Below, piece by piece: positions 40,850-49,506 of a stretch of DNA of 64,000 nt. The notes beneath the pieces are model-generated. The model did not search any database. It worked only from the letters and a program-made list of their open reading frames with translations, and was not told the DNA's origin. The stretch spans positions 1,088,001 through 1,152,000 of the forward strand of contig CAVUMN010000004.1 in the NCBI GenBank assembly GCA_963742735.1. Direction: 5' to 3'. Source of the stretch: an uncultured Actinomycetes bacterium (GTDB taxonomy: Bacteria > Actinomycetota > UBA4738 > JBBDTT01). Every line of letters starts with the position of its first letter. Within the stretch, counting starts at the first letter, position 1. The position numbers were made by a program, and so were the translations under genes.

Positions 40850-41995
40850 CTAGCCGGTGTCGAACCTGGGCCGCGGGCCGCCCAGGAAGTGCTTCCCGAG
40901 GGTCGTCACCTGGTTCTGGTAGTTGGACCCGACGTCGGAGCCGTAGAGGCGGTCCGGCGGCGCGGCCATCCGCTCGAAGACGAGCTTGCAGACCGGCTGT
41001 CCCTCCTCGATGAGGAACGGCACGTCGTGCGCCCGGACCTCCAACGCCGCGGTCGAGCCCCGGTTCGCGTCCCCGGCCGTGAACCCGAACCCGGGGTCGA
41101 AGAAGCCGGCGTAGTGCGACCGAAGCTCGCCGCTGGTGGGGTCGTACGCGGCCATCTCCGCGGCGACCGTCGGCGGGACGGAGACCGCCTCTGCCGACAT
41201 CAGCAGGTAGAAGTCCCCGGGCTCCAGGACCAGGCCGTGATGCTCACGGCCGACCTCCTCCCAGTACCGCTGGGGGTCGTGGTCGGTCCGGCTCAGGTCC
41301 ACCAGCTGGCTGTACCGCTTCGCGCGGTACCCGACCGGCCCGGCGCCGCTCCCGAGGCGGAGGCTCAGAAAGAGGCCCGCCTGCCTCAAGGGCAGCTCGC
41401 CGGCATCGACCGGCGCGCCGTCGCGGAACAGCAGGGGACTGGAGGCGTGGAGCGCGCGGATGTCGTCGTCGCCGATGCGGGCGGCGCCGCGCTCCAGCCG
41501 GAGCTGGTTCAGGGAGAGCCCTGCCTGGACGCGGACGGTGAACGACAGCGGCACGACCTCCAGGAACAGCGGCCCGACGTAGCCGGCGCGGACGTCGTCG
41601 AAGGTGGAGCCGCGGTCGGTGATGACGCGGGTGAAGACGTCCAGGCGCCCGGTCGAGCTCTTCGGGTTGGCGCGGCCGCGGACGTCGTCGGGGACCCGGA
41701 GCTCCTCCATGAGGGGGATGAGGTACGGGCAGCGCGGCTCCAGGATGGCCCCCTCGTCGCGGAGGTCGAGCTCGCCGATGACCAGCTCCTGCAGCCGCTC
41801 CTCCACGGTCATGGTGCCGGGAAGGAAGGAGCACTGCAGGCGATAGGCGCGTTCCCCCAGGCGGAGGTCGAGGCTCGCGGGCTGGATGAGGTCGGGGAGG
41901 ATGGTCCACTTGGAGTGGATCCAGCCCTCGTCGACCGCGCGGCGCAGCCACCGGTCGGGAAAGACGCCCTCGTCCGACAGCCAGTCCTCGCTCAC
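40850..41995 (-). CDS. dcd: 2'-deoxycytidine 5'-triphosphate deaminase (long two-domain type)
   Basis: GTG 41995. QPASLDLRLG, ANPKSSTGRLDVFTR, HYAGFFDPGFG, LEVRAHDVPF, SNYQ. Confidence 0.9.
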   Translation of the reverse strand: MSEDWLSDEGVFPDRWLRRAVDEGWIHSKWTILPDLIQPASLDLRLGERAYRLQCSFLPGTMTVEERLQELVIGELDLRDEGAILEPRCPYLIPLMEELRVPDDVRGRANPKSSTGRLDVFTRVITDRGSTFDDVRAGYVGPLFLEVVPLSFTVRVQAGLSLNQLRLERGAARIGDDDIRALHASSPLLFRDGAPVDAGELPLRQAGLFLSLRLGSGAGPVGYRAKRYSQLVDLSRTDHDPQRYWEEVGREHHGLVLEPGDFYLLMSAEAVSVPPTVAAEMAAYDPTSGELRSHYAGFFDPGFGFTAGDANRGSTAALEVRAHDVPFLIEEGQPVCKLVFERMAAPPDRLYGSDVGSNYQNQVTTLGKHFLGGPRPRFDTG

Positions 41996-42047
41996 GCTGC
42001 CCAAGTGTATGGTCGAACCGTCGCCCCCGTGACCAGGGGAGGGTCCC

Positions 42048-42149
42048 ATGCGCAAGGTGATCGTCAACGAGTTCCTCACGCTCGACGGCGTGATGCAGGC
42101 GCCCGGTGGCTCCGACGAGGACGTGGATCGGGTCTTGCCTCGGGCGTAA
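42048..42149 (+). pseudogene. Truncated 5' fragment of a DHFR/RibD-C family gene
   Basis: [25 protein letters not shown] is near-identical to the start of 34485..35075, then diverges and stops. Confidence 0.75.
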
Positions 42150-42194
42150 CCCAGGCGTAGCTTTTTGTGGTCTCCCTGCCCAGGAGGTGCCCGC

Positions 42195-42734
42195 ATGGAC
42201 TACGCCAAGGCCGTCACCAGAGGCCGCTTCCTCCTGAAGCGATCCACCGAAGACCAGTGGGAACTCGCCGAGCTCACGCACTCGGTCATCGAAGAGAAGG
42301 GGAGGGGTTCCGCCGTCCAGTGGGCCGCGGATCTCGGCTGCACGAAGTCCCACGTCTCCAGGCTGAACGCCGTGTGGGAGCGATACGGCAAAGTTGAGCA
42401 TGCTCAACTTTCGTTCGACGAGTACTACCTCCTGGCCACCGTCCCGAAGGACGAGGCCCAAGAGCTCGCGGGCGAGGCTCACCGAACCGGCAGGAGCGTG
42501 CGAACCGTGCAGCGCAATCGCCGCGAGCAGCGGAAGGCCGCCAGGGAGGCGCTCCTCGACCGGAAGCAGCGCAAGGAACTACTTGCGGACGCAAATATCC
42601 GCAAGATTCTGGAGCGTGAGTTCCGCGACGCCCACCGGCCTGAGAAGGCGTTCGCATGGCGGCTGGCGCCTGCGCCGCATCGCTCGTTTGTGTTCCGATC
42701 GCGGTCGCCATCGTTGCTGCGTTCCTCGTCCTAG
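42195..42734 (+). CDS. Hypothetical HTH-like protein, probably 3' truncated or chimeric
   Basis: AGGAGG RBS. QWAADLGCTKSHVSRL is HTH-like. The tail after about 42640 overlaps the next ORF and looks non-native. Confidence 0.55.
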   Translation: MDYAKAVTRGRFLLKRSTEDQWELAELTHSVIEEKGRGSAVQWAADLGCTKSHVSRLNAVWERYGKVEHAQLSFDEYYLLATVPKDEAQELAGEAHRTGRSVRTVQRNRREQRKAAREALLDRKQRKELLADANIRKILEREFRDAHRPEKAFAWRLAPAPHRSFVFRSRSPSLLRSSS

Positions 42735-43300
42735 CGTTCATTCTTGAATGTGCGGGCACACCCTGCTGGGTGCGGGCGATCCAAATGGTGGCCGATGTCT
42801 TGGACCTGGGCAGTGGGAGTCCCCTCGGCGACATCTTTTGGCCGAGAGACGGGCTGAGAGATGCCCCGGATACGTACCCCGAAACGCCCGGGGTCGAGGA
42901 CCCGAGCCCGACTCCGCCTCCCGTGCCAGGTTCCGATTCCCGTTGCGGCCCACAGGCTCCGGGGTTCGAGGTGCCTGATAGTGCAATAGTCGTTCGAGGT
43001 GGAACCGCTCCGCTACCTCCACCCTGCACAGCGTTCTCCGGTTCCTTCGGCATGACTCTCTCTGAGGCGGCGCGCGGCGTTCCGCATGGCCAGATCCGTT
43101 GGGCGACAGCAGGAGCGATACGGGCGGGAGGCGGGAGCGTGATCTACGATCCGGAGTACGACCCTGTGCCCAACGCGACCAACTACCAGCACGTGACGGT
43201 GATGCTCGGTGAGGGGGGCTCTCCATTCAGCAGCCTTCAGCCGAATCCTTGGCCGAAGGATCAGCGGTGGCGGGGTGCCAACTACCCGTATGCGGGGTGA
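42656..43300 (+). CDS. Putative polymorphic-toxin C-terminal fragment (ART-like fold, inferred)
   Basis: Hydrophobic segment, Pro-rich linker, then IVVRGG...FSGS...VPHGQIR...AGAIRAGGGSV...NYQHVTV. Confidence 0.5.
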   Translation: MAAGACAASLVCVPIAVAIVAAFLVLAFILECAGTPCWVRAIQMVADVLDLGSGSPLGDIFWPRDGLRDAPDTYPETPGVEDPSPTPPPVPGSDSRCGPQAPGFEVPDSAIVVRGGTAPLPPPCTAFSGSFGMTLSEAARGVPHGQIRWATAGAIRAGGGSVIYDPEYDPVPNATNYQHVTVMLGEGGSPFSSLQPNPWPKDQRWRGANYPYAG

Positions 43301-43304
43301 AGCA

Positions 43305-43802
43305 ATGAGTTCCTCTTCATTGGCCCAGCTGTTGAACGAGATTCGAGGTCGGCTGGTCGCGGCCAGCCCGGGGCCCTGGGTGGTCGAGCGTGATAGAGGT
43401 GGCGCCTTCATTCGGACTGCGCGGTCCGGCGGTGAAAGCAGACTCTTCTTGAAGCGTGATACCGAACCAGCCGATGACGCCGATGTCGAGTTTGTTACCG
43501 CCGCTCGAAATGCTCTCCCGAGACTCGTGGATGCGCTCCGGGCGGGCAGATCCAGTGCCATCCGGGACCCAGACCTTCAGAGCCTTCGTCAGTTGGAGAC
43601 GGCGGCGACCCCGGGGCCCTGGGTGGCACACCTTGAAGACTCAGGCCCGATTGGTGGCTGCAGCATCATCTGGGTTAATGGTACGAAGGATGTGCCTGAC
43701 CTCTACGTGTGGTTGGGCAACCAGATCGCGCCGAACGCAGACATTGAGTTCATCGCGCAGTCGCGCCAAGACGTCCCGCGTCTCCTGAGCGAATTCGGGT
43801 GA
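43305..43802 (+). CDS. Protein with tandem duplicated Ead/Ea22-like module (candidate immunity protein)
   Basis: Two repeats: AASPGPW...DADVEFVTAARNALPRLV and AATPGPW...NADIEFIAQSRQDVPRLL. Confidence 0.7.
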   Translation: MSSSSLAQLLNEIRGRLVAASPGPWVVERDRGGAFIRTARSGGESRLFLKRDTEPADDADVEFVTAARNALPRLVDALRAGRSSAIRDPDLQSLRQLETAATPGPWVAHLEDSGPIGGCSIIWVNGTKDVPDLYVWLGNQIAPNADIEFIAQSRQDVPRLLSEFG

Positions 43803-43845
43803 GGATGTGCCGCTCCGGCCGCACTACTAAGGGGAGTCTTCCTCT

Positions 43846-44166
43846 ATGGCGAGTGAGTTCCACTACGGACGGTTCATTCCAATCCTCGAGGGGCTGCGAA
43901 CTCTGTTCCTGAAGCATGGCTACGTCGGACAGGTGGACATATTGGCCAAGCTCATCACGCTCGCTCATTTAGAGTCCCCAGATTTCGCCGACAGGATTCA
44001 GTTTGGGGGGGTATGGAGCAGTGCCGGGTCCGTAGCGGATGCTGTCGGCCTATACGATTCCAAAGCGAGAGACGAGGCTCAGCGGGATACAGCTGAGGCC
44101 ATGCGGCTGCTGCTCCGCTTAGCGGACGAGATTCCGAGACGGCTGAGACCGATCCGGATAGGCTGA
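43846..44166 (+). CDS. Small hypothetical protein (immunity-like)
   Basis: AAGGGGAG RBS. Helical, with VWSSAGSVAD motif. Confidence 0.55.
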   Translation: MASEFHYGRFIPILEGLRTLFLKHGYVGQVDILAKLITLAHLESPDFADRIQFGGVWSSAGSVADAVGLYDSKARDEAQRDTAEAMRLLLRLADEIPRRLRPIRIG

Positions 44167-44168
44167 CA

Positions 44169-44660
44169 ATGGCCGAAAACATGGGACAAGACCTCCTCGC
44201 GGCTGCCCGGACGGGTGATCTGGATCTAGTCGACGCGCTACTTCGCCAAGGAGCGACCACAGACTCAATTGATCAGCACGGCCACACGCCCCTCGCTCTC
44301 GCTGTGATTCAAGGGCACACGGGAGTCGTGTCGCGGTTGCTCGAAGCCGGTGCTGATGCCAATGCGGGCGACGACGCGGGAATTACCCTCTTGATGACGG
44401 CCGCCGAGTTCCCACGACCCGAGATCGTCCGAATGCTTGTTGGCGCAGGCGCAGATGTGAATGCGGTTGCCAGCGACGGGAGAACAGCTCTGCTGAACGC
44501 TATCTGGTCGGCTGATGCGACTACTCAAGTTGTCGAAGCGCTCATCCAGGCCGGCGCCGACGTGAACGTTACCGATGGGACTTACGGGCTCACGCCGCGC
44601 GAGTGGGCAGCCAAGACTGACAAACGAGAGGTCTCGCAGCTGCTCGCGGATGCTGAGTGA
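44169..44660 (+). CDS. Ankyrin repeat protein
   Basis: GHTPLALAV, GITLLMTAA, GRTALLNAI, GADVN repeats. Confidence 0.92.
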   Translation: MAENMGQDLLAAARTGDLDLVDALLRQGATTDSIDQHGHTPLALAVIQGHTGVVSRLLEAGADANAGDDAGITLLMTAAEFPRPEIVRMLVGAGADVNAVASDGRTALLNAIWSADATTQVVEALIQAGADVNVTDGTYGLTPREWAAKTDKREVSQLLADAE

Positions 44661-44750
44661 CCGAACCTACACTGGGTCCATGTACGTGTCCCCAGCAACA
44701 GTGTGGTGTCGATCGCCGGTGCAGGCGTGGGCGGGTGGGCCGTACTTCTG

Positions 44751-44966
44751 ATGGACCTCACGTTCCCATCTGCGGATCCCAGGCTCGCGAAGCTGCAGGC
44801 GGCCGCGGAAGTACTGAACCGGTTCTACTGGAACCTGTCGGTCGAGCATGCCGAGGGCGAGGTTCGCCCCCGTGGTGGCGAAATGCTGATCGCCCGGTTC
44901 ACCTCGCCCGAAGAGCTGGAGATCTTCACGGCGGGGATGGCACGCGCTTTCGGTGTTGCCTGGTGA
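44751..44966 (+). CDS. Small hypothetical protein
   Basis: MDLTFPSADPRLAKLQAAAEVLNRFYWNL...; start uncertain. Confidence 0.45.
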   Translation: MDLTFPSADPRLAKLQAAAEVLNRFYWNLSVEHAEGEVRPRGGEMLIARFTSPEELEIFTAGMARAFGVAW

Positions 44967-45183
44967 AGTAGCGGCTCTGATCGATCAGCTGGTTGGCGAG
45001 TAGACAATGACGGAGAGGTCATCCGCAACGACCTCGTCGAGGATGGCTCGCACGTCGCGCCAGTGCATGCCCCCGAGCCGGGTTCCCTGCAGCGGGTCGA
45101 TCCGTACGACGTGGGGGGCCCGTTCCCAGTCGACGGCGGTGGTAGTCGGTTCGAGGTCGATGACGAAGTGCCTCCGTGGACGC

Positions 45184-45609
45184 TCAGAAGTCGAGCCAGA
45201 GCTGCTGCAGGTGGGCCCGGTTGACGACGCCCGCCGTGTTCACGTATCCACCCTGCCCCCAGGGCCCCGGTGAGAGCAGCCAGACCATCGCGATGAAGGT
45301 CATGAACTCTCCGGGGCCGGCCGGGGTGAGCGCGGTTCCCTGCTGCTCGGCGCCGAACACGAATGGGGGCAGCGCGCAGGGCATCTGATACAGGGGCGTG
45401 GGTTCGGTCTCCGAGGGGCCGCCCTCGTAGAAGCACGGAGCCCCGCCGTTGGTCGCCTTCGATGGGAGCTCCTTCCAGATGACCGTAGCCACCAGGCCGC
45501 CCGAGCTCGGGACACGGTGGGTGCTCCCCCCCGAGAATGGCCGGCCAGTCAGGGGTGCGAAGGATGAGCGGAGGCTGACTTGGCGGTGCCTGTCGATGGA
45601 TGCTACCAC
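45184..45609 (-). CDS. Hypothetical protein or remnant
   Basis: The 3' half (PCFYEGGP...QQLWLDF) has coding-like codon usage; the start is unclear. Confidence 0.3.
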   Translation of the reverse strand: MVASIDRHRQVSLRSSFAPLTGRPFSGGSTHRVPSSGGLVATVIWKELPSKATNGGAPCFYEGGPSETEPTPLYQMPCALPPFVFGAEQQGTALTPAGPGEFMTFIAMVWLLSPGPWGQGGYVNTAGVVNRAHLQQLWLDF

Positions 45610-45703
45610 AATGAATTACACACGTGGAACTCGCTGGTTTCCTTTGGAATGCGAGTCGAGCAGATCGCGTTGTACTCGCTACGAAACTCAACAGGAGATT
45701 GAT

Positions 45704-48064
45704 GTGGCTGAACTAAAGACATCGACGCTTCCGCTGCTGCCTCTCACCACGGGAGTCGTTCTGCCCGGCATGGTGGTTACCCTCACGCTCGAGTCCCCCG
45801 AGGCTCGCGCCGCCATCCAGGCTGCCCGCGACGGGGACGGGCACATCTTGCTGGTCCCTCGCCACGAGGACGGGCGGTACGCGGCGGTCGGGACCGTGGC
45901 CCTCATCGAGTCCGAGGGGAACCTTCCCTCCGGCATGGAGGCGCTCGTCATTCGTGGCCTGCACCGCGCGGTCGTCGGGACCGGCGTGGCCGGCACAGGC
46001 GAGGCGACCTGGGTTCAGGTCACCCCCCACCCCGACCCCGAGGACCCGACGGACGAAGCCAGAAGCCTCGCGCGCGAGTACCGCGCGACCGTCGAGAACA
46101 TCGTCGAGGCTCGCGGGGTTCCGCAGATCGCCCAGTTCCTCCGCGCCATCGAGGACCCCGGCGCCATGGCCGACACCGCCGGCTACTCGCCCGACCTCAC
46201 GTTCGACCGCAAGATCGAGCTCCTGGAGACGCTCGACGTCGAGGCGCGCATCCGCAAGGCCCTCGAGTGGGCGAAGGAGTCCCTCGCCGACCTCACCCTC
46301 AAGGACAAGATCCGCGAGGACGTCGCCGAGGGCCTGAACAAGACCCAGCGCGAGTTCCTCCTGCGCCAGCAGCTCGCCGCGATCCGCAAGGAGCTCGGCG
46401 ACGGCGAGGACTCGGGCGACGTCATCGAGGAGTACCGCGCGAAGATCGAGGCCGCGAACATGCCCGAGGGCCCGCGCGCCGAGGCCGAGCGCGAGCTCGG
46501 CCGCCTGGAGCGCATGTCCGAGCAGTCGCCCGAGTACGGCTGGGTCCGCACCTACCTCGACTGGATGACCGAGCTGCCCTGGGACGTCCGCTCCGAGGAC
46601 GTCCTCGACATCCCCGAGGCCCGCCGCGTCCTGGACGAGGACCACACCGGCCTCGAGGACGTGAAGGACCGCATCGTCGAGTACCTGGCCGTCCGCAAGC
46701 TCCGCTCCGACCGCGGCCTCGGCTTGGCCCACGGCCGCGGCTCCGGGGCGATCCTGACGTTGATCGGGCCGCCGGGGGTCGGCAAGACCTCCCTCGGCGA
46801 GTCCGTCGCGCGCGCCCTCGGGCGCAAGTTCGTCCGCGTCTCCCTCGGCGGCATCCACGACGAGGCCGAGATCCGCGGGCACCGCCGCACCTACGTCGGC
46901 GCGCTCCCCGGCCGCATCGTGCGCGCCCTCAAGGAGGCCGGCACCAAGAACCCCGTCTTCATGCTCGACGAGATCGACAAGGTGGGTTCCGACTGGCGCG
47001 GCGACCCGTCGAGCGCACTGCTCGAGGTCCTGGACCCCGCGCAGAACCACTCGTTCCGCGACCACTACCTCGAGGTCGACCTGGACCTGTCCGAGGTCCT
47101 GTTCATCGCGACCGGCAACGTCGCCGAGACGATCCCCGGTCCGCTCATCGACCGGATGGAGGTCATCCGCCTCGACGGCTACACGGAGGACGAGAAGGTT
47201 GCGATCTCGCGGGATCATCTGTTGGCGCGTCAGCTCGAGCGCAACGGCCTGACCGCCGATGAGGTCGACCTGTCGGATCTGACGCTCCGTCAGATCGTGG
47301 TCGACCACACCCGCGAGGCCGGCGTCCGGAACCTGGAGCGCGAGATCGGCAAGGTCCTGCGTAAGGCCGCGACCAAGATCGCGGGCGGCGACGTGAAGCC
47401 GCCGGTGGTCGTCGAGCCCGGCGACCTCCGCGAGTACCTGGGGCGCCCGAAGTTCTTCTTCGAGGCCGCCGAGCGCACGGCCGTCCCCGGCGTGGCCACC
47501 GGCCTCGCCGTGACCGGCACGGGCGGCGACGTCCTGTTCATCGAGGCGAACGTCGCGGACGGCGAGCCGGGGCTTACGTTGACCGGTCAGCTCGGCGACG
47601 TCATGAAGGAGTCCGCCCAGATCGCGCTGTCATACGTGCGCAGCCACGCCGAGCAGCTGGGTATCGACCCGGCGGTGCTCCAGCGCCGCTTCCACGTTCA
47701 CGTCCCGGCCGGCGCCGTGCCCAAGGACGGACCGAGTGCGGGCACCGCGATGACGACCGCCCTGGCCAGCCTGCTCACGCAGCGGCCGGTGCGCTCGGTG
47801 GTCGCGATGACGGGCGAGGTCACCCTGCAGGGCCGGGTCCTGCCGATCGGCGGGGTCAAGCAGAAGGTCCTGGCCGCGCACCGCTCCGGGATCAAGGAGG
47901 TCATCCTCCCGATGCGCAACGAGGGCGACCTGGACGACGTCCCCGAGCAGATCCGCGAGGAGATGACCTTCCACCTGGCCAGCTCGATCGACGAGGTGCT
48001 GGCCTGGGCACTGGAGCCCGCGGACTCGGACTCCGCCTCCAAGCCCGCCTCGGACGCCGCGTAG
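45704..48064 (+). CDS. lon: ATP-dependent protease La
   Basis: AGGAG RBS and GTG 45704. [39 protein letters not shown]. Confidence 0.97.
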   Translation: MAELKTSTLPLLPLTTGVVLPGMVVTLTLESPEARAAIQAARDGDGHILLVPRHEDGRYAAVGTVALIESEGNLPSGMEALVIRGLHRAVVGTGVAGTGEATWVQVTPHPDPEDPTDEARSLAREYRATVENIVEARGVPQIAQFLRAIEDPGAMADTAGYSPDLTFDRKIELLETLDVEARIRKALEWAKESLADLTLKDKIREDVAEGLNKTQREFLLRQQLAAIRKELGDGEDSGDVIEEYRAKIEAANMPEGPRAEAERELGRLERMSEQSPEYGWVRTYLDWMTELPWDVRSEDVLDIPEARRVLDEDHTGLEDVKDRIVEYLAVRKLRSDRGLGLAHGRGSGAILTLIGPPGVGKTSLGESVARALGRKFVRVSLGGIHDEAEIRGHRRTYVGALPGRIVRALKEAGTKNPVFMLDEIDKVGSDWRGDPSSALLEVLDPAQNHSFRDHYLEVDLDLSEVLFIATGNVAETIPGPLIDRMEVIRLDGYTEDEKVAISRDHLLARQLERNGLTADEVDLSDLTLRQIVVDHTREAGVRNLEREIGKVLRKAATKIAGGDVKPPVVVEPGDLREYLGRPKFFFEAAERTAVPGVATGLAVTGTGGDVLFIEANVADGEPGLTLTGQLGDVMKESAQIALSYVRSHAEQLGIDPAVLQRRFHVHVPAGAVPKDGPSAGTAMTTALASLLTQRPVRSVVAMTGEVTLQGRVLPIGGVKQKVLAAHRSGIKEVILPMRNEGDLDDVPEQIREEMTFHLASSIDEVLAWALEPADSDSASKPASDAA

Positions 48065-48124
48065 CCACACCGAGCCGTTCCGGCCGCCGGTTGAACCTCA
48101 GGACGGCTCCCAAGCTCCGCGGCT

Positions 48125-48233
48125 GATATCGCACTCGTGCTATTTCCGGGCCTCGGCGTCTCAGAAGGCCGTACAGATGCGACCGGAGGCCTTGTAGGCC
48201 CCCGAATCGCCGATATAGCACTGGTGCGATATC
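48125..48233. repeat. Dispersed REPIN-like inverted-repeat element, copy 2
   Basis: Arms GATATCGCACTCGTGCTATTT and ATATAGCACTGGTGCGATATC. Confidence 0.75.
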
Positions 48234-48258
48234 GCACGAAGCGACCCGACCACCCCGC

Positions 48259-48702
48259 TCAAATCTGGGCCTGCAGCTTCTCGGCGAGCTCGAACTCCGT
48301 CTCCGTCCGTTCGATCGCCCACTCGCCGGCAGTGATCTCTCCCCGATTCAGCCGCTCGCCGGCGAGTCGGATCCGCTCCGCGGCATCGGCCCTGGGATCC
48401 ACCACCTCGTCCTCAGCCGCCGCCGTCCCTTGAGCAGCAGAGACCCATCGGATCCCTCGCTGCCGCGCCATCGGCCCGATGTCCATCGCCAGCATTCGCC
48501 CGGCCGCCCACGCGTACCGCTCCAGGAAACCGACCGAGGGCATCACCTGCCCCGTTTCCGCTCGCGAGATCGCCGACTGCGTCGTCCCCATCGCGGCTGC
48601 GACCTCCGCCTGGGTCATCTTCGCCAGGCGGCGCAGGCGGGCGAGCGCTCGTCCCACCTCGAGCGGTTCGAGTCCCAGCCGCCCGCGCTCGCCGCCCATC
48701 AT
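48259..48702 (-). CDS. XRE-family HTH regulator
   Basis: MTQAEVAAAMGTTQSAISRAETG. Start approximate. Confidence 0.75.
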   Translation of the reverse strand: MMGGERGRLGLEPLEVGRALARLRRLAKMTQAEVAAAMGTTQSAISRAETGQVMPSVGFLERYAWAAGRMLAMDIGPMARQRGIRWVSAAQGTAAAEDEVVDPRADAAERIRLAGERLNRGEITAGEWAIERTETEFELAEKLQAQI

Positions 48703-48787
48703 GGGCCCGAACGTTAGCGCGCCCCACCGACACTCCAGGCGGCGGAATACCGCCGAGGATGTGGAGGTTCCATGAAGGGGGTAGACA

Positions 48788-49053
48788 TGACGCGTCCCCA
48801 TCTGTCAGGCTGGGCGGCCGTCCTGGCCGCCGAAGCGAGAGGTGAAAAACAGAACATGCGAGTTGAACCACTGAGCCGCGTGGCCGCCGAGGCCGAGCTT
48901 TGCCGCCGTCACCGCATGGAGTTCGAACGACTCCTCAAGCGGATGGGGCGGGTCGAGGCATGCCAGACGCTCGTCTCGAGGCACGCCAAGGAGTACGGCG
49001 CGCTCGTCACCGCCGCCCGGGAGCGCCTCCGCGCACGTACCGCGGTCGCCTAG
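48788..49053 (+). CDS. Small hypothetical protein
   Basis: Divergent from the XRE gene. Possible starts at 48788 or 48856. Confidence 0.4.
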
Positions 49054-49070
49054 CTACGACCACGGACACC

Positions 49071-49454
49071 CTGACGCCCCAGCAGGCGAAGCTGTTCCTG
49101 GAGCCAAACCTGGCGAGCTTCGTCACGCTCATGCCCGACGGCTCGCCCCAGGTATCGCCGGTGTGGATCGATTACCGCGACGGCCTGATCTGGGTGAACA
49201 CCGCCGAGGGCCGCCAGAAGCACCGCAACGTCCTCCGCGACCCGCGCGTGGCCGTCGAGGTCATCGACCGCAACGACCCCTACAACTGGATCGCCGTCCG
49301 CGGGACGGTCGTCGAGATCACCAAAGAGGAAGCCGAGGGCCACATCGACTTCCTCAGCAAGAAGTACACCGGCCGCGAGATCTACGCCGACCACAACCCC
49401 AACAAGCCCAGGGTCCTGATCAAGATCCGCCCGGAGCGCGTCGCCGGCTGGTAG
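49071..49454 (+). CDS. PPOX-class F420-dependent oxidoreductase (no canonical start visible)
   Basis: TLMPDGSPQVSPVW, NTAEGRQKHRNVLRDPRVAV. CTG 49071 used provisionally as start. Confidence 0.85.
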   Translation: MTPQQAKLFLEPNLASFVTLMPDGSPQVSPVWIDYRDGLIWVNTAEGRQKHRNVLRDPRVAVEVIDRNDPYNWIAVRGTVVEITKEEAEGHIDFLSKKYTGREIYADHNPNKPRVLIKIRPERVAGW

Positions 49455-49506
49455 TCGTGCCCTTGCCCCCCCACGAGGCCCTTGGCTAGGGTGGTCCCCT
49501 GGGGAG

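Larger units (their letters stand above)
42125..45650. other. Lower-GC accessory island (toxin/immunity-like ORFs); boundaries approximate
   Basis: Many A/T-ending codons compared with the flanks. Begins where the DHFR fragment breaks and ends before lon. No integrase or transposase seen. Confidence 0.65.

Noticed and set aside
39200-42160. 986-aa plus-strand ORF and similar long antisense ORFs (6276-8393, 9410-12022, 17752-19977, 35093-37093)
   Set aside because: They mirror well-supported genes on the opposite strand and have no motifs of their own.
45670-45692. HspR (HAIR) operator upstream of lon
   Set aside because: Only a half-site (ACTCAA) matches CTTGAGT-N7-ACTCAAG.
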